Source of the DNA: Bryobacterales bacterium
GTDB lineage: Bacteria > Acidobacteriota > Terriglobia > Bryobacterales > Bryobacteraceae
Assembly (NCBI GenBank): GCA_963732175.1
Contig: CAVSYF010000002.1
Location: forward strand, 136,564-200,563
Direction of reading: 5' to 3'
DNA length: 64,000 bases
Positions within the stretch are counted from its first letter, which is position 1, and each line of letters opens with the position of its first letter. The position numbers and the translations under genes are program-made. The notes beneath the pieces were generated by a model that was not told where the DNA came from, ran no database searches, and saw only the letters and a list, made by a program, of their open reading frames with translations. Of this stretch, positions 9,050 through 18,736 are shown piece after piece.

Positions 9050-12000
9050 TTACGCGGACGCGACCGCCATGCTGGACTTCATCGCTTTGAGTTTCTCCAC
9101 CGCGAGTTGTTTCACCTTGGCGATGTTTTGCTCCTTGATCGCTTCGTAGCCGCGAATCTGATCCGGTAGCGCCGCGATTTCGAGCGCCAGCGCGAGATTG
9201 TCCGGCCGTCAGATTAGCGACCACTTGCTCGATCAATCCGCGATACCACTGGATCAGCGCGCGCTCCTGGCGCCGATGCGCCGCATAGCCGAAAAGGTCG
9301 AGCGGCGTGCCGCGCAGCCACTTCAGCCGTTTCAATACCAGCAGTGGCCGACGGAACCAAGGACCAAGCTTGAGTCTTTTTCCGCACGCCCAAGCGCCGC
9401 AGCAGTGGCGGATGCAGGTTGTAGGAGATCGACTCCGACGCTCTCCCACATCCCGCGCGCCCGGTTCTCGAACTCGGGCTTGGTTAATAGCCGCGCGACT
9501 TCGTACTCGTCTTTGTAGGCCATCAGCTTGTAAAGATAAATCGCCGACAACTTCGCGCAGCGCGGCGTTGGGAATGCTTGCCAAGAAATCGACGTACGAT
9601 TGCGCGTAACGAGTCGTCCTGATATTCGTCGCAGCTCCGCGACGCGATCGAAGGCCGACTTGCTGGGCGCCTCCGGCATCGAGCCAGCTTCTCCACGCCG
9701 TCCGCATCTTCGTAGTATTTCCGGCCCCAGGTGAAGGCCCGCAGGTTGCGCTCCATATCTACGCCGTTCAGCTCGATGGCCTGCTCCATCGCTTCGAGCG
9801 AAATGGGGATCAAGCCGGCCTGATACGCGACGCCGGTCAGGAAACATGTTCACCGCCATATGGCTGCCGAACAGCGCCTTCCGCCAGGCGATTGGCGTCC
9901 AGGAAGATGTTGCGGCCGCGATTGGTGACGGAGTTGACCAGATCCAGCATCTTGCTCGCCGCCGCCCAGCGGCGTTCGCGCGCGGATGGTATCGATGGTC
10001 GGAACCAGATCGGTATTGACAACCGCGACGGTTCGTTCGGCGCAGGCGCGTTTTCAGGTTGTCGGCGTGGACCACGCCCAGCAGATCGAAACCCAGAATC
10101 AGGTCCGCGTTACCGGTATTCACCTTGGCGGGCGCTTCGATGGGCTGCTCGCTCAACAGCAGATGCGACACCACCGCGCCGCCTTTCTGCGACGTGCCGG
10201 TTTGATCGAGCGTCGCGACATGCAGGCCATCGATCCAGGCCGCCGTAGCGAGCAGCGCGTTGATCGTCACCACGCCGGTTCCGCCGATCCCCGGCGCGAT
10301 GATGCGATAGCCTTCGCCCGGCCTGGCCGATTTGCGAGGCGCGGGCACTTCGGTTGCCGGAAGCTCGGGCAGCGCTTTCTTCTTCAAACCCGTGCCGGGC
10401 TTGATCTGCACCGAGACGAAGGACGGGCAATCGCCCAGCGCGCAGGTATAGTCCTTGTTGCACGAGGACTGATGGATGCGAATCTTCTGACCGAGCTCGG
10501 TCATCACCGGCGTCAGGCTCATGCAGTTGGACTGCGTGACGCAATCGCCGCAGCCTTCGCAAACCTCTTCGTTGATCACCAGGCGCAGCGTCGGCTCCGC
10601 GAGAATCCCGCGCGACCGTTTGCGGCGCTTTTCGGCGGCGCACTCCTGGTCGTAGATGATGGCCGTGACGCCGGGGATCTGCTCCATCTCGCGCAGCGTG
10701 CGGGCGAGTTCATCGCGCGAACGCAGCTCGGCATTGGAGGCCAGCTCGCCCGCGTTGCGTATATTTCTCGACATCTTCGGCGAGCACCACCGTCTTGCGC
10801 ACGCCCTCGGCTTCGAGCTTGCGCGTCAGGTCCGGAATCGGCAGCGCGCCCACGGCATTCTGGCCGCCGGTCATCGCGACGTGGCCGTTGTAACAGAATC
10901 TTATAAGTGATGTTGACTTTCGCCGCCACGCAGGCTTCGATGGCCAGAGAACCGGAGTGGAACAAGCGTGCCATCGCCGATGTTCTGGAAAATGTGCTGC
11001 CGGTCGACGAACGGCGTCCATGCCGATCCAGGGCGCGCCTTCGCCGCCCATGTGCGTCAGGAAAGCGATGCCGCGCTTGGGGTCCGACGCATCGCCATGG
11101 TGTGGCAGCCGATGCCGCCGCCGGCGATTTGCCCTTCCAGCAAAAGCGTGGAGCGGTTATGCGGGCAGCCGGAGCAGAACGCCGCGGGGCGAGATCCCAT
11201 GAACAGCGGAACGCTCGCCGGCCGGGCTCGGCTCGGAGAGCGTCCCGTGGCGATTGCGCTCCAGAACATCGCATAAAACCTTCGCGATTTTGTCCGGATC
11301 GAGTTCGCCCGATCGGCGGCAAATGCGATTTGCCCGAGAACCACCGGGCGCGCAGGCAAGATCGTAAAGTATCTCGCGAAGCTGCAGTTCCAGGAAGCTG
11401 CGCTTTTCTTCGACCACCAGAATGGTTTCGAGGCCCCGCGCGAAATCCCGAATGAACTCCGGACTCGAGCGGGAAGGGCATGCCCACTTTGCCGATTCGG
11501 ATGTCGTCCCGCACGTCCAGATCGCGCAGCGCCTGCATCAGATCGTAATAGGATTTGCCGGCGCTCAGGATGCCAACGCGCGCCGCCGCGCCATTGTGCT
11601 GGTTCAGCCGATTCAGCCGCGCGAACGCGCGCGCCGCTTCCAGACGCCGGATGTTCGTTTCCGTTTCAAGCATCAGCGAGACCGGCGGAATCAGCCGCGT
11701 ATCGGTGCGCTTTTCATAGCCGTCCGGAACGCGAATGGACGGCCGCTCCGGATCCACGTCCACGGTGCCGCCGCCATCGCATACGTCCGTCACCATCTTC
11801 ATCCCCACCCACGCGCCCGAAAACCGCGACATCGCGATCGCCATCAGTCCGTAATCCAGAATCTCCTGCGTATTGCCGGGATACAGAAACGGAATGCCGA
11901 GGTTGTACAGGCTGAAGTCGCTCTGATGCGGGATGGTGGAGCTCTTCGAAATGTGATCGTCGCCGCACAGCACCAGCGCCGCGCAATTTTTTCCCGTGCC

Positions 12001-12381
12001 CGCCAGGTTCGCGTGCCGAAACACGTCGCCCGACCGGTCGACGCCCGGCCCTTTGCCGTACCAGATGCCGACCACGCCCTCCACCTTGCTCTGTCCCAAC
12101 ACGCCGTAGATCTGGCTGCCCATCACCGCCGTAGCTGCCAAATCTTCGTTCACCCCCGGCCGGAAGTGGATGTTGTGCTCGCCCAGGATCTTGCCGGCGC
12201 GCGTGAGCGCCATGTCATAGCCACCCAGCGGCGAGCCTTCGTAACCGGAGATGAACGCGCCCGTGCGCATGCCCGCGCGCTGGTCCCGGCGCATCTGATC
12301 GATCGGCAGGCGAACCAACGCCTGAATGCCGGTCAGATACACTCGTCCGCGTTCGACCGTGTATTTTTCAGAGAGCTTCAT
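9050..12381 (-). pseudogene. indolepyruvate/2-oxoacid:ferredoxin oxidoreductase family protein (fused alpha-beta, about 1110 aa) with about 20 frame disruptions
   Basis: Family motifs are spread over all three minus frames. ORF 10576..12381: the first ~306 aa are good (GYEGSPLGG, GKGPGVDRSGD). ORF 11157..11417: VEEKRSFLELQLREILYDL and GELDPDKIAKVL. ORF 11057..11359: RPAAFCSGCPHN...GGGIGCHTMAM. ORF 10710..11051: MGGEGAPWIGM and NGHVAMTGGQNAVG. ORF 9332..10774: CEGCGDC, GIGGTGVVT and LMAYKDEYEVARLL. ORFs 9837..10022 and 9523..9813 also carry pieces. ORF 9030..9707: LRGTPLDLFGY. The real stop is TAA at 9052..9050, after ...IRGYEAIKEQNIAKVKQL. Confidence 0.85.
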
Positions 12382-12982
12382 AGAGCGGGCGCGACATGAT
12401 CCGATTCATGCTATCACGCACCGCGAGAGGTTTGTTTGCTGTAGCCGCGCCAAGACCCGCCATCGCGGGAGATCACGCGTCAGCGTAATACCGGCGGCGT
12501 GCCGGGCCTTCTGCGGCCGCCTGTTCGAATAAGCCGCTTAAACGTACGGTGCGGACGGTTTAGGGCGCGATACCTTCCATTCCGGGCTACCCTCGGAATA
12601 GCTATTGGTGGTGTTCTTCACCGGGCAACGATGGGTGACAACCCGGTTGGGAGCGCGTCCTTCAAAAGGCGGGATCTTGTACCTGGTGAATCCGCCCACA
12701 GGACTTACACATGATTGTGACACTTTGCACATTTGAAGGATACCACGGTAACCGAACCACGCCGGAATATTTCCCGCGAAATTAGTCTTAAGAATCCGTC
12801 ATTTTTGCGCAGACAATCGGAGGATTTTAGATTTTCGTTGTAGGACGGACTAGGACTATGCTATCATGCTCATGTATTTGACAGTCGCGCCGATTAAGGC
12901 ATCTGTCGCATCGCTCGCTTAAACGCTTTCGTTCGATCCTGCCAAATTAGCCTACTCTGCAAATTCAGAAAGAACACTTTAG

Positions 12983-13378
12983 ATGAAGAATATTTTTGTT
13001 GGAAACCTTAGTTTCGGTGCCACCGAAGCAGACGTTCGATCCCTGTTTGAACAATACGGGTCCATTGAACGCGTAAATTTAATCACGGACCGTGACACGG
13101 GACAGCCCCGGGGCTTTGGGTTTGTCGAAATGAGCGGAAACGAAGAAGCACAGCGTGCCATCGCTGCTTTGGATGGAAGAGAGCTCAATGGGCGCAATTT
13201 GAAGGTGAACGAAGCTCGTCCCAAGGAAGACCGCGGCTTCAGCGGCGGCAGGCGGTCAACGCCGTCAGAACCGCTGGTAATTCGTCCTAAAGTTACTCGT
13301 CAGGCGGCGCTAAGTGCGCCGCTTTTTCGTTCTGCTACTTACCGGATCTCCGGCCGGTTCATTTGCCTTGACAAATGA
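12983..13378 (+). CDS. RRM-type RNA-binding protein (Rbp-like); the 3' end is probably wrong (see terminator)
   Basis: The ORF has RNP-2 (IFVGNLSF) and RNP-1 (RGFGFVEM) motifs. After ~88 aa it reads through a terminator hairpin. A neighbouring frame ends ...GGQRRQNRW-TAA at 13278..13280, which looks like a normal Gly/Arg tail. Confidence 0.8.
   Translation: MKNIFVGNLSFGATEADVRSLFEQYGSIERVNLITDRDTGQPRGFGFVEMSGNEEAQRAIAALDGRELNGRNLKVNEARPKEDRGFSGGRRSTPSEPLVIRPKVTRQAALSAPLFRSATYRISGRFICLDK
13303..13331 (+). terminator. rho-independent terminator downstream of the RRM domain
   Basis: GGCGGCGC-TAAGT-GCGCCGC hairpin (7-bp GC stem) followed by TTTTTCGTT. Confidence 0.7.
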
Positions 13379-13528
13379 ACGTAATGCGCCCATACTTACT
13401 GTCGGCTGAGCAATTCTGCCCATTCGCAGTTGATCTGAACTAAGTCAGATAAACTGATCCTTCCTTCTTAGCCCGGAACCGAACTCCAATCGGCCGATGC
13501 TTTTCAGACTTAGCGAATCGAGGAAAAC

Positions 13529-13885
13529 GTGCTGGCAAAAATCATGAAGGTGGTCTGCATTGTAGCCCTCATTCTTACGGCGCTGCTGTGGCGGTTTGTA
13601 GCAGCCTACCAACTGCCGCTGGATCTGATCCTTTGCGTTGGTTCGCTGGTTGTTCTCCTGCAGGCGGTTCGCGCGGGCGAGTATCTTTGGGCCGGCGGCT
13701 TTCTTGTCATTGCGGTCGCGTTCAACCCGGTGGTGGTCCTCCTTCGGCCTTCCGGCGACTTCTCGCTCACCGTGGTATTGCTGTGCATTCCAGCATTTGC
13801 GATGGCTCTGATTGCGCTAAAAACACCGCTGTTACTTTCCATGCCCTCCATTACGGATAGAAACCCGGGAAGCAGGTCCTTATAA
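13529..13885 (+). CDS. small integral membrane protein, unknown function
   Basis: 118-aa ORF with about 4 hydrophobic helices. A GAGGAA sequence lies 5 nt upstream of the GTG start (an alternative ATG is at 13544). Confidence 0.6.
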   Translation: MLAKIMKVVCIVALILTALLWRFVAAYQLPLDLILCVGSLVVLLQAVRAGEYLWAGGFLVIAVAFNPVVVLLRPSGDFSLTVVLLCIPAFAMALIALKTPLLLSMPSITDRNPGSRSL

Positions 13886-13908
13886 AAGTCGCGGCCATCG
13901 ACGCGTCC

Positions 13909-14319
13909 TTGGTGGCAAACAATCTAGAACCAGGCACCATTCTGATTGAGGGCGGCACGCTGGTCCCGAATTGTCTTCGGCTTGAAATAAAGCCTGATTT
14001 GAACGGCTGGCATTCAGTCACCAATCTGGATCCTCGCGAATTGGACCGGGACATCAATCAAGCCGGATGGATCTTTTTTTACCTGGCTGAAGAGATCAGA
14101 ACTACGGTCTTCGGATTTGATAAACAAAACACCTTGCGCCGCGCATTGAAGCGCATCATCAGCAAGGTGAAGATTCAGAATTGCAATGGCTTGCACATCA
14201 AGCAAGTGACCAGCCGGTCATTCCTGAATCTGACCCGCGTGAGGATTTCCGCGCACTCACGGCATATCCAGGAAGGTCCCAGTCTATGGGCCGACGGCGA
14301 GCGGACGACGGCATTGTGA
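13909..14319 (+). CDS. hypothetical protein
   Basis: 136-aa ORF in an A/T-richer stretch with protein-like composition. The TTG/GTG start is uncertain and there is no clear SD. Confidence 0.5.
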   Translation: MVANNLEPGTILIEGGTLVPNCLRLEIKPDLNGWHSVTNLDPRELDRDINQAGWIFFYLAEEIRTTVFGFDKQNTLRRALKRIISKVKIQNCNGLHIKQVTSRSFLNLTRVRISAHSRHIQEGPSLWADGERTTAL

Positions 14320-14336
14320 GCAAATCGGGGGAACGC

Positions 14337-14558
14337 ATGGAGCAGGTAACTGTAAAACTCACGGTGAAAGAACTGAGGCTGTTGGCGAGCCTGGCGTCGG
14401 ATCAGTTATTCCGCAGGGAGTTCATCGACCCCAATATGCCCGGCTATCGATCCGACATTGAGGAAGTGAAGCTCGGCAAAGCGTTGGTGGGACGTTTACG
14501 GTTGCTGGTCGATGGACCCCGAGGGCTGCCGAACGGCATGAAGAAGGTCGCGTCATAG
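14337..14558 (+). CDS. hypothetical small protein (73 aa)
   Basis: ATG at 14337 is preceded by GGGGGA. The product MEQVTVKLTVKELRLLASLASDQLFRREF... looks helical. The longer ORF 14181..14558 has an implausible N-terminus. Confidence 0.5.
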   Translation: MEQVTVKLTVKELRLLASLASDQLFRREFIDPNMPGYRSDIEEVKLGKALVGRLRLLVDGPRGLPNGMKKVAS

Positions 14559-14576
14559 GGATTAAGGAGTTCGATC

Positions 14577-15113
14577 ATGCAATTCATCCTCACTGGATTC
14601 AATCAAGATATAACCTTCCGCACGTTTGCATTTGAAGGCATTGCGGCCGATCGAACCCGTTCGGACTTTACCGTGAAAGTGGAGCTCGCCCTCATGCGGA
14701 AGTATTCGATCCGCGTGCAGGAGCTCCCGTTGCTGTGCCGGCTGCTCCTCGAGCGCGGCGAGGAAAGCGAGCCGATGCACACCCTCACCTTCTCGGAAGA
14801 GGATATGCGCGTGCACGCCTCCGCCCAGGCGGCGCGGCCCCAGGGGCAGCTTCAAAAAGAAACGCGCTCCGCTGCGAAGGTTGAACGTCTCCGGAGCGAC
14901 TCGCCCAGCGGCACTTCGAACTTCAACGCCTCATCGCCGCGCAATCATCGAACTCCGGTAGTACACTGTAAGACGTTACCAAATCCGCGCTCCGCAAGAC
15001 TAGGGCATGGCCACAAGAAAGCAACCGACCAAATCCGCGCCCGCCAAGACCTCCAAACAGAGCAAGCCATCCGCGTCCCGCATCAAGCCGAAGCCGGCGC
15101 CGAAAGCGCCTGA
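14577..15113 (+). CDS. hypothetical protein; the first ~95 aa are convincing, the 3' end is uncertain
   Basis: An AGGAG lies 8 nt upstream of the ATG. The N-terminal part MQFILTGFNQDITFRTFAFEG...QELPLLCRLLLERGE looks globular. The low-complexity tail overlaps the start of the next gene (15007) and may be out of frame. Confidence 0.5.
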   Translation: MQFILTGFNQDITFRTFAFEGIAADRTRSDFTVKVELALMRKYSIRVQELPLLCRLLLERGEESEPMHTLTFSEEDMRVHASAQAARPQGQLQKETRSAAKVERLRSDSPSGTSNFNASSPRNHRTPVVHCKTLPNPRSARLGHGHKKATDQIRARQDLQTEQAIRVPHQAEAGAESA

Positions 15114-18100
15114 ACCGCCAACTCTTCCAGCGCTCGAAGAGCCGGAAGAGTCCGAAGGCGGCCTTTTTCCGATCGTAGGAATCGGCGCGTCGGCGGGTGG
15201 TCTGGAAGCCTTCACCGAACTGCTCCAAAATCTTCCCGCCGACACTGGAATGGGTTTCGTGTTCGTCCCGCACCTGGATCCCAAGCATGTCAGCCTGCTC
15301 ACCGAATTGTTGCAGCGCCATACCTCGATGCCGGTCCAGGACGCGATCGAAGCGAGTCAAGGTGGAACCCAACCGAATCTACATCATTCCGCGCGACACC
15401 CACATGACTTTGGTGCACGGCTCCCTGATGCTGTCGCCACGCCAGGGCACTCCCACCGCGCACATGCCCATCGATCCATTTTTACGCTCGCTGGCAGCCG
15501 ACCGGAAAAGCCGGGCCATCGGCGTGATCCTTTCCGGGAACGCTTCCGACGGGACGCTGGGCATGATGGCGATCAAGGCGGCCGGCGGAATCACCTTCGC
15601 GCAAAGCACCGAGTCGGCCAAGTACGACGGCATGCCGCGCAGCGCGGTCGCGGCGGGTTGCGTCGATTTCGTGCTTCCGCCCAAGGAGATCGCCAAAGAG
15701 CTGGCCCGCTTGCCGCAGCATCCCTACATCGCTCCGCCGGCCATCCACTGCCGGAAGCCGAGGGTAGCGGCCGTCACGGAAGCGATAGGCAAAATCCTTA
15801 TTCTTTTGCGAAACGCTACCGGCGTGGATTTTACCTACTATAAGCCCACCACGCTCCGCCGCCGCATTCTTCGCCGCATGGCCTTGCGGCGGATCGACGA
15901 TTTGGAACGATATTTCACCCAATTGCGGTCGGATTCTTGCCGAACTGAATGCGCTCTACGAGGATATACTCATCAACGTAACTGAATTTTTCCGCGACCC
16001 GGAAATCTTCGAGGCGCTCAAGGAGATAGTATCTTCCGAAAATTTGTTTCCGGCCGGAGCGAAGTTCCGATCCGGGTTTGGGTGCCAGGCTGCGCCACCG
16101 GCGAGGAGGTTTACTCCATCGCCATAGTGTTGCTCGAATTCCTGGGCGAGCGCAATAGCGAAGTTCCCATCCAGATCTTTGGCACCGACATTAGCGACTC
16201 GGCGCTGGACAAAGCGCGCAGCGGGATGTATGCTCCCGGCCTGGTGGAGGGGATTTCATCGGAGCGGTTGCGCCGCTACTTTACGAAAGTGGACTCCAGC
16301 TACGTGGTCAGCAAGCGCATTCGCGAGATGTGCGTTTTCGCCAGGCAAAACCTGATTAAGGATCCGCCCTTCTCAAAAATCGATCTGCTAAGCTGCCGTA
16401 ACGTTCTGATCTATTTGGGTCCGGTCCTTCAAAGACGACTCATTCCGGTCTTTCACTACGCGCTGAAGCCGAACGGATTCCTGCTGCTCGGTACCTCGGA
16501 GACCATCGGGAATTCAGAATTGTTTTCCTTAGTCGACAAGAAAAATAAGATTTATGCCCGGCTGCCGGGCAATGAACGCGTGCCGCTGGAGTTGGCGCCG
16601 GAAGAAGTGGCGCCGGAGCGGCCCGTTGCGCTCCGTCCCCCGGAACAGTGGACCGAGACCGAATCCTCGCGAGAAGCCGACCGCATTGTTCTGGGCAACT
16701 ATGCTCCTTGCGGAGTGGTGGTGGATCAGAGTTTTAACGTGGTCCAATTCCGAGGCCGAACCAGTGCTTATCTGGAAAATCCGTCCGGCACGGCTAATCT
16801 GAATATTCTCGCCATGGCGCGGGAAGGACTCTTGATCGAGCTGCGGAGCGCGCTTTATAAAGCTCGCCGTGAAAACACCGCCGTCCGGACGGGAAGGGCT
16901 GCGCATGCGCCAGGACGGCGGTTTGGGCGTGGTCAACTTTGAAGTGATTCCCTTTAAGCGTTCCCCCGGACGCGAAAACCGTTACCTGGTGCTCTTCGAT
17001 GAAGCCACGGTCCTGACGCCGCCAGGAAAAAAAATCACCCAGAAAGCGGCTCAGCCCTCAGGAGCTCGAACGGGAGAACACTCATTTGCGGCAGGAGGTC
17101 GCGGCCAGCAAGGAGTATCTTCAGTCCGTGCTCGAACAGCACGAGACTGCCAATGAGGAGTTGCGGTCCGCCAATGAGGAGATTCAATCCAGCAACGAAG
17201 AACTGCAGAGCACCAACGAGGAATTGGAGACCGCCAAGGAGGAATTGCAATCCACCAACGAAGAGCTGAACACCGTCAACGAAGAGCTTCAGGTTAGAAA
17301 CTTGCAGCTCGCTCAGATTGGGAACGATCTGAACAACCTGCTGAGCAACGTCAACATCCCCATCATTATGGTGGGCAATGATCTGCGCATCCGCCGGTTC
17401 ACGCCCGTCTCGCAAAGAGTCCTGAACCTGATACCCACCGATGTCGGCCGCCCGATCAGCGACATCAATATGAACCTGGACATTCCCAAGCTGGACCGCC
17501 TGCTGCTGGAAGTAATGGAATCGCTCTCGCCCCAAACGCTGCAAGTCGCCGATCCGGCGGGCCGCGCCTTATTCGCTTCGCATCCGCCCCTATCGAACCG
17601 AGGACAACCGCATTGATGGCGCCGTGATCGTGCTGGTGGATTTGGATCCGGAGCGCGTCCTTGCCGAGAGAATCCAGGCAGTCGAAGGCCAGTCGCTAAC
17701 GGGGAGCCCAGGATGGACGAAACGCTGCGCGCCTTCAGCGCCGGGCTGATGGTGGCGCAGGAACGCGAGCGGCGTAACCTGGCCGTGGAACTGCACGACG
17801 ACATAACGCAGAGGCTGGCCCTGCTGGAGTTGGGCCTGGAGTCGCTGGAGCGCACGCCTCCCAAGCCGGAAGAACTCACGCGCCACCTGAAGAGCCTGCA
17901 GGAACAGGTAACCTCTCTGGCGGGAAGAATGCGGCGAGTTGCGCAGCAGCTCCATCCATCCATGGTGGAGGACCTCGGACTGGTGCCGGCATTGGAGTCG
18001 TTCATCCGCGACTTTAATAACCAGCAGGAGATTAAAATAACATTTCAGCACGATAATGTTCCTGGAAAGCTGGATCCAAATGCCGCCTTGTGTTTGTATC

Positions 18101-18414
18101 GGGTGGTGCAGGAAGCGTTGCACAACGTCATTAAACATTCTGGAGCGAAGTCGGCCCAGATCAGTCTCAAAGGGACGGGCGATAACGCGCTTAGGCTAAG
18201 TATCTTGGATACCGGGATCGGTTTCGAGCCGAATGGCGCCAGCGTCAAAGGTTTGGGGCTGCGAAGCATGGAGGAACGGGTGCGGTTCTTGGGCGGCGCG
18301 TTCCAGATCCAATCTCAGCCGGGCAAGGGAACCGAGGTTACGGTGACGATCCCCACCGCCGCTAGCCAAGTAGCGGAAAATAGTGCGCTGCGAAAACCTG
18401 CCGTAGGCGTCTAA
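15007..18414 (+). pseudogene. CheB-like methylesterase / CheR methyltransferase / PAS / coiled-coil / HisKA_3-HATPase sensor kinase fusion (about 1135 aa) with about 7 frame disruptions
   Basis: The pieces lie in ORFs 15007..15843 (IVGIGASAGGLEAF, FVPHLDPKH), 15197..15985 (VEPNRIYIIPRD, GNASDGTLGMMAIKAAGGITFAQ), an unlisted frame at 15942..16030 (ELNALYEDILINVTEFFRDPE), 16082..16942 (VPGCATGEEVYSIAIVL CheR SAM site), 16869..17156, 17086..17616 (NEEL-type coiled coil, PAS) and 17713..18414 (ELHDDITQRL H-box, HATPase G-boxes). Confidence 0.85.
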
Positions 18415-18419
18415 ATTGT

Positions 18420-18726
18420 ATGCGGCCTGGCACGAACGAAATCGCAGAGAGAACCGAACAGCTCCGGCTCGATTTTCTGGAGTGTGTTCTGGAAACCACC
18501 CGCACCTACATTGAATTGACCGAGTTCGAGTTAAATGCGGCGAACCTGCCGCATTCCGGTGAGGGCATCCGGCACATCGCACAGGGCCTCAGCAATGTTC
18601 GAAGAATTGCGGAACACATTTCCTCGTCCGCGGACCAGGACTCGCATTTATGAAAGGCTGGCCCAACTGGAACGGAAAGCAACTGAACTGAACCAGCGCT
18701 TTGCAGCCCAGCGGCACTTGGCTTGA
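18420..18726 (+). pseudogene. small helical hypothetical protein, apparently split by one frameshift near 18600
   Basis: ORF 18420..18653 (MRPGTNEIAERTEQLRLDFLECVLE...) and ORF 18535..18726 (...RIYERLAQLERKATELNQRFAAQRHLA) overlap in different frames. Both halves look protein-like. Confidence 0.4.
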
Positions 18727-18736
18727 TTGCTTTGGG

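Noticed and set aside
12538-12732. 64-aa ORF, and hints of a structured RNA, in the large intergenic region. The RNA hints are a GGAA tetraloop-like CCCGGAATGGAAGG on the minus strand (SRP RNA-like) and CTGGTGAATCCGCC on the plus strand (cobalamin-riboswitch-like).
   Set aside because: The ORF has no SD and an implausible composition. The RNA resemblances cover only a few nucleotides. The other invariant elements (the AGCAGCC side of SRP helix 8, and the B12 box GCCACTG) are absent. The region is kept only as an unexplained non-coding stretch.
17027-17034. A8 run as a programmed ribosomal frameshift or transcriptional slippage site in the kinase gene
   Set aside because: The same gene needs about six further frame changes at sites without slippery sequences, and neighbouring genes are also broken. 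A programmed event is therefore unnecessary and unlikely.
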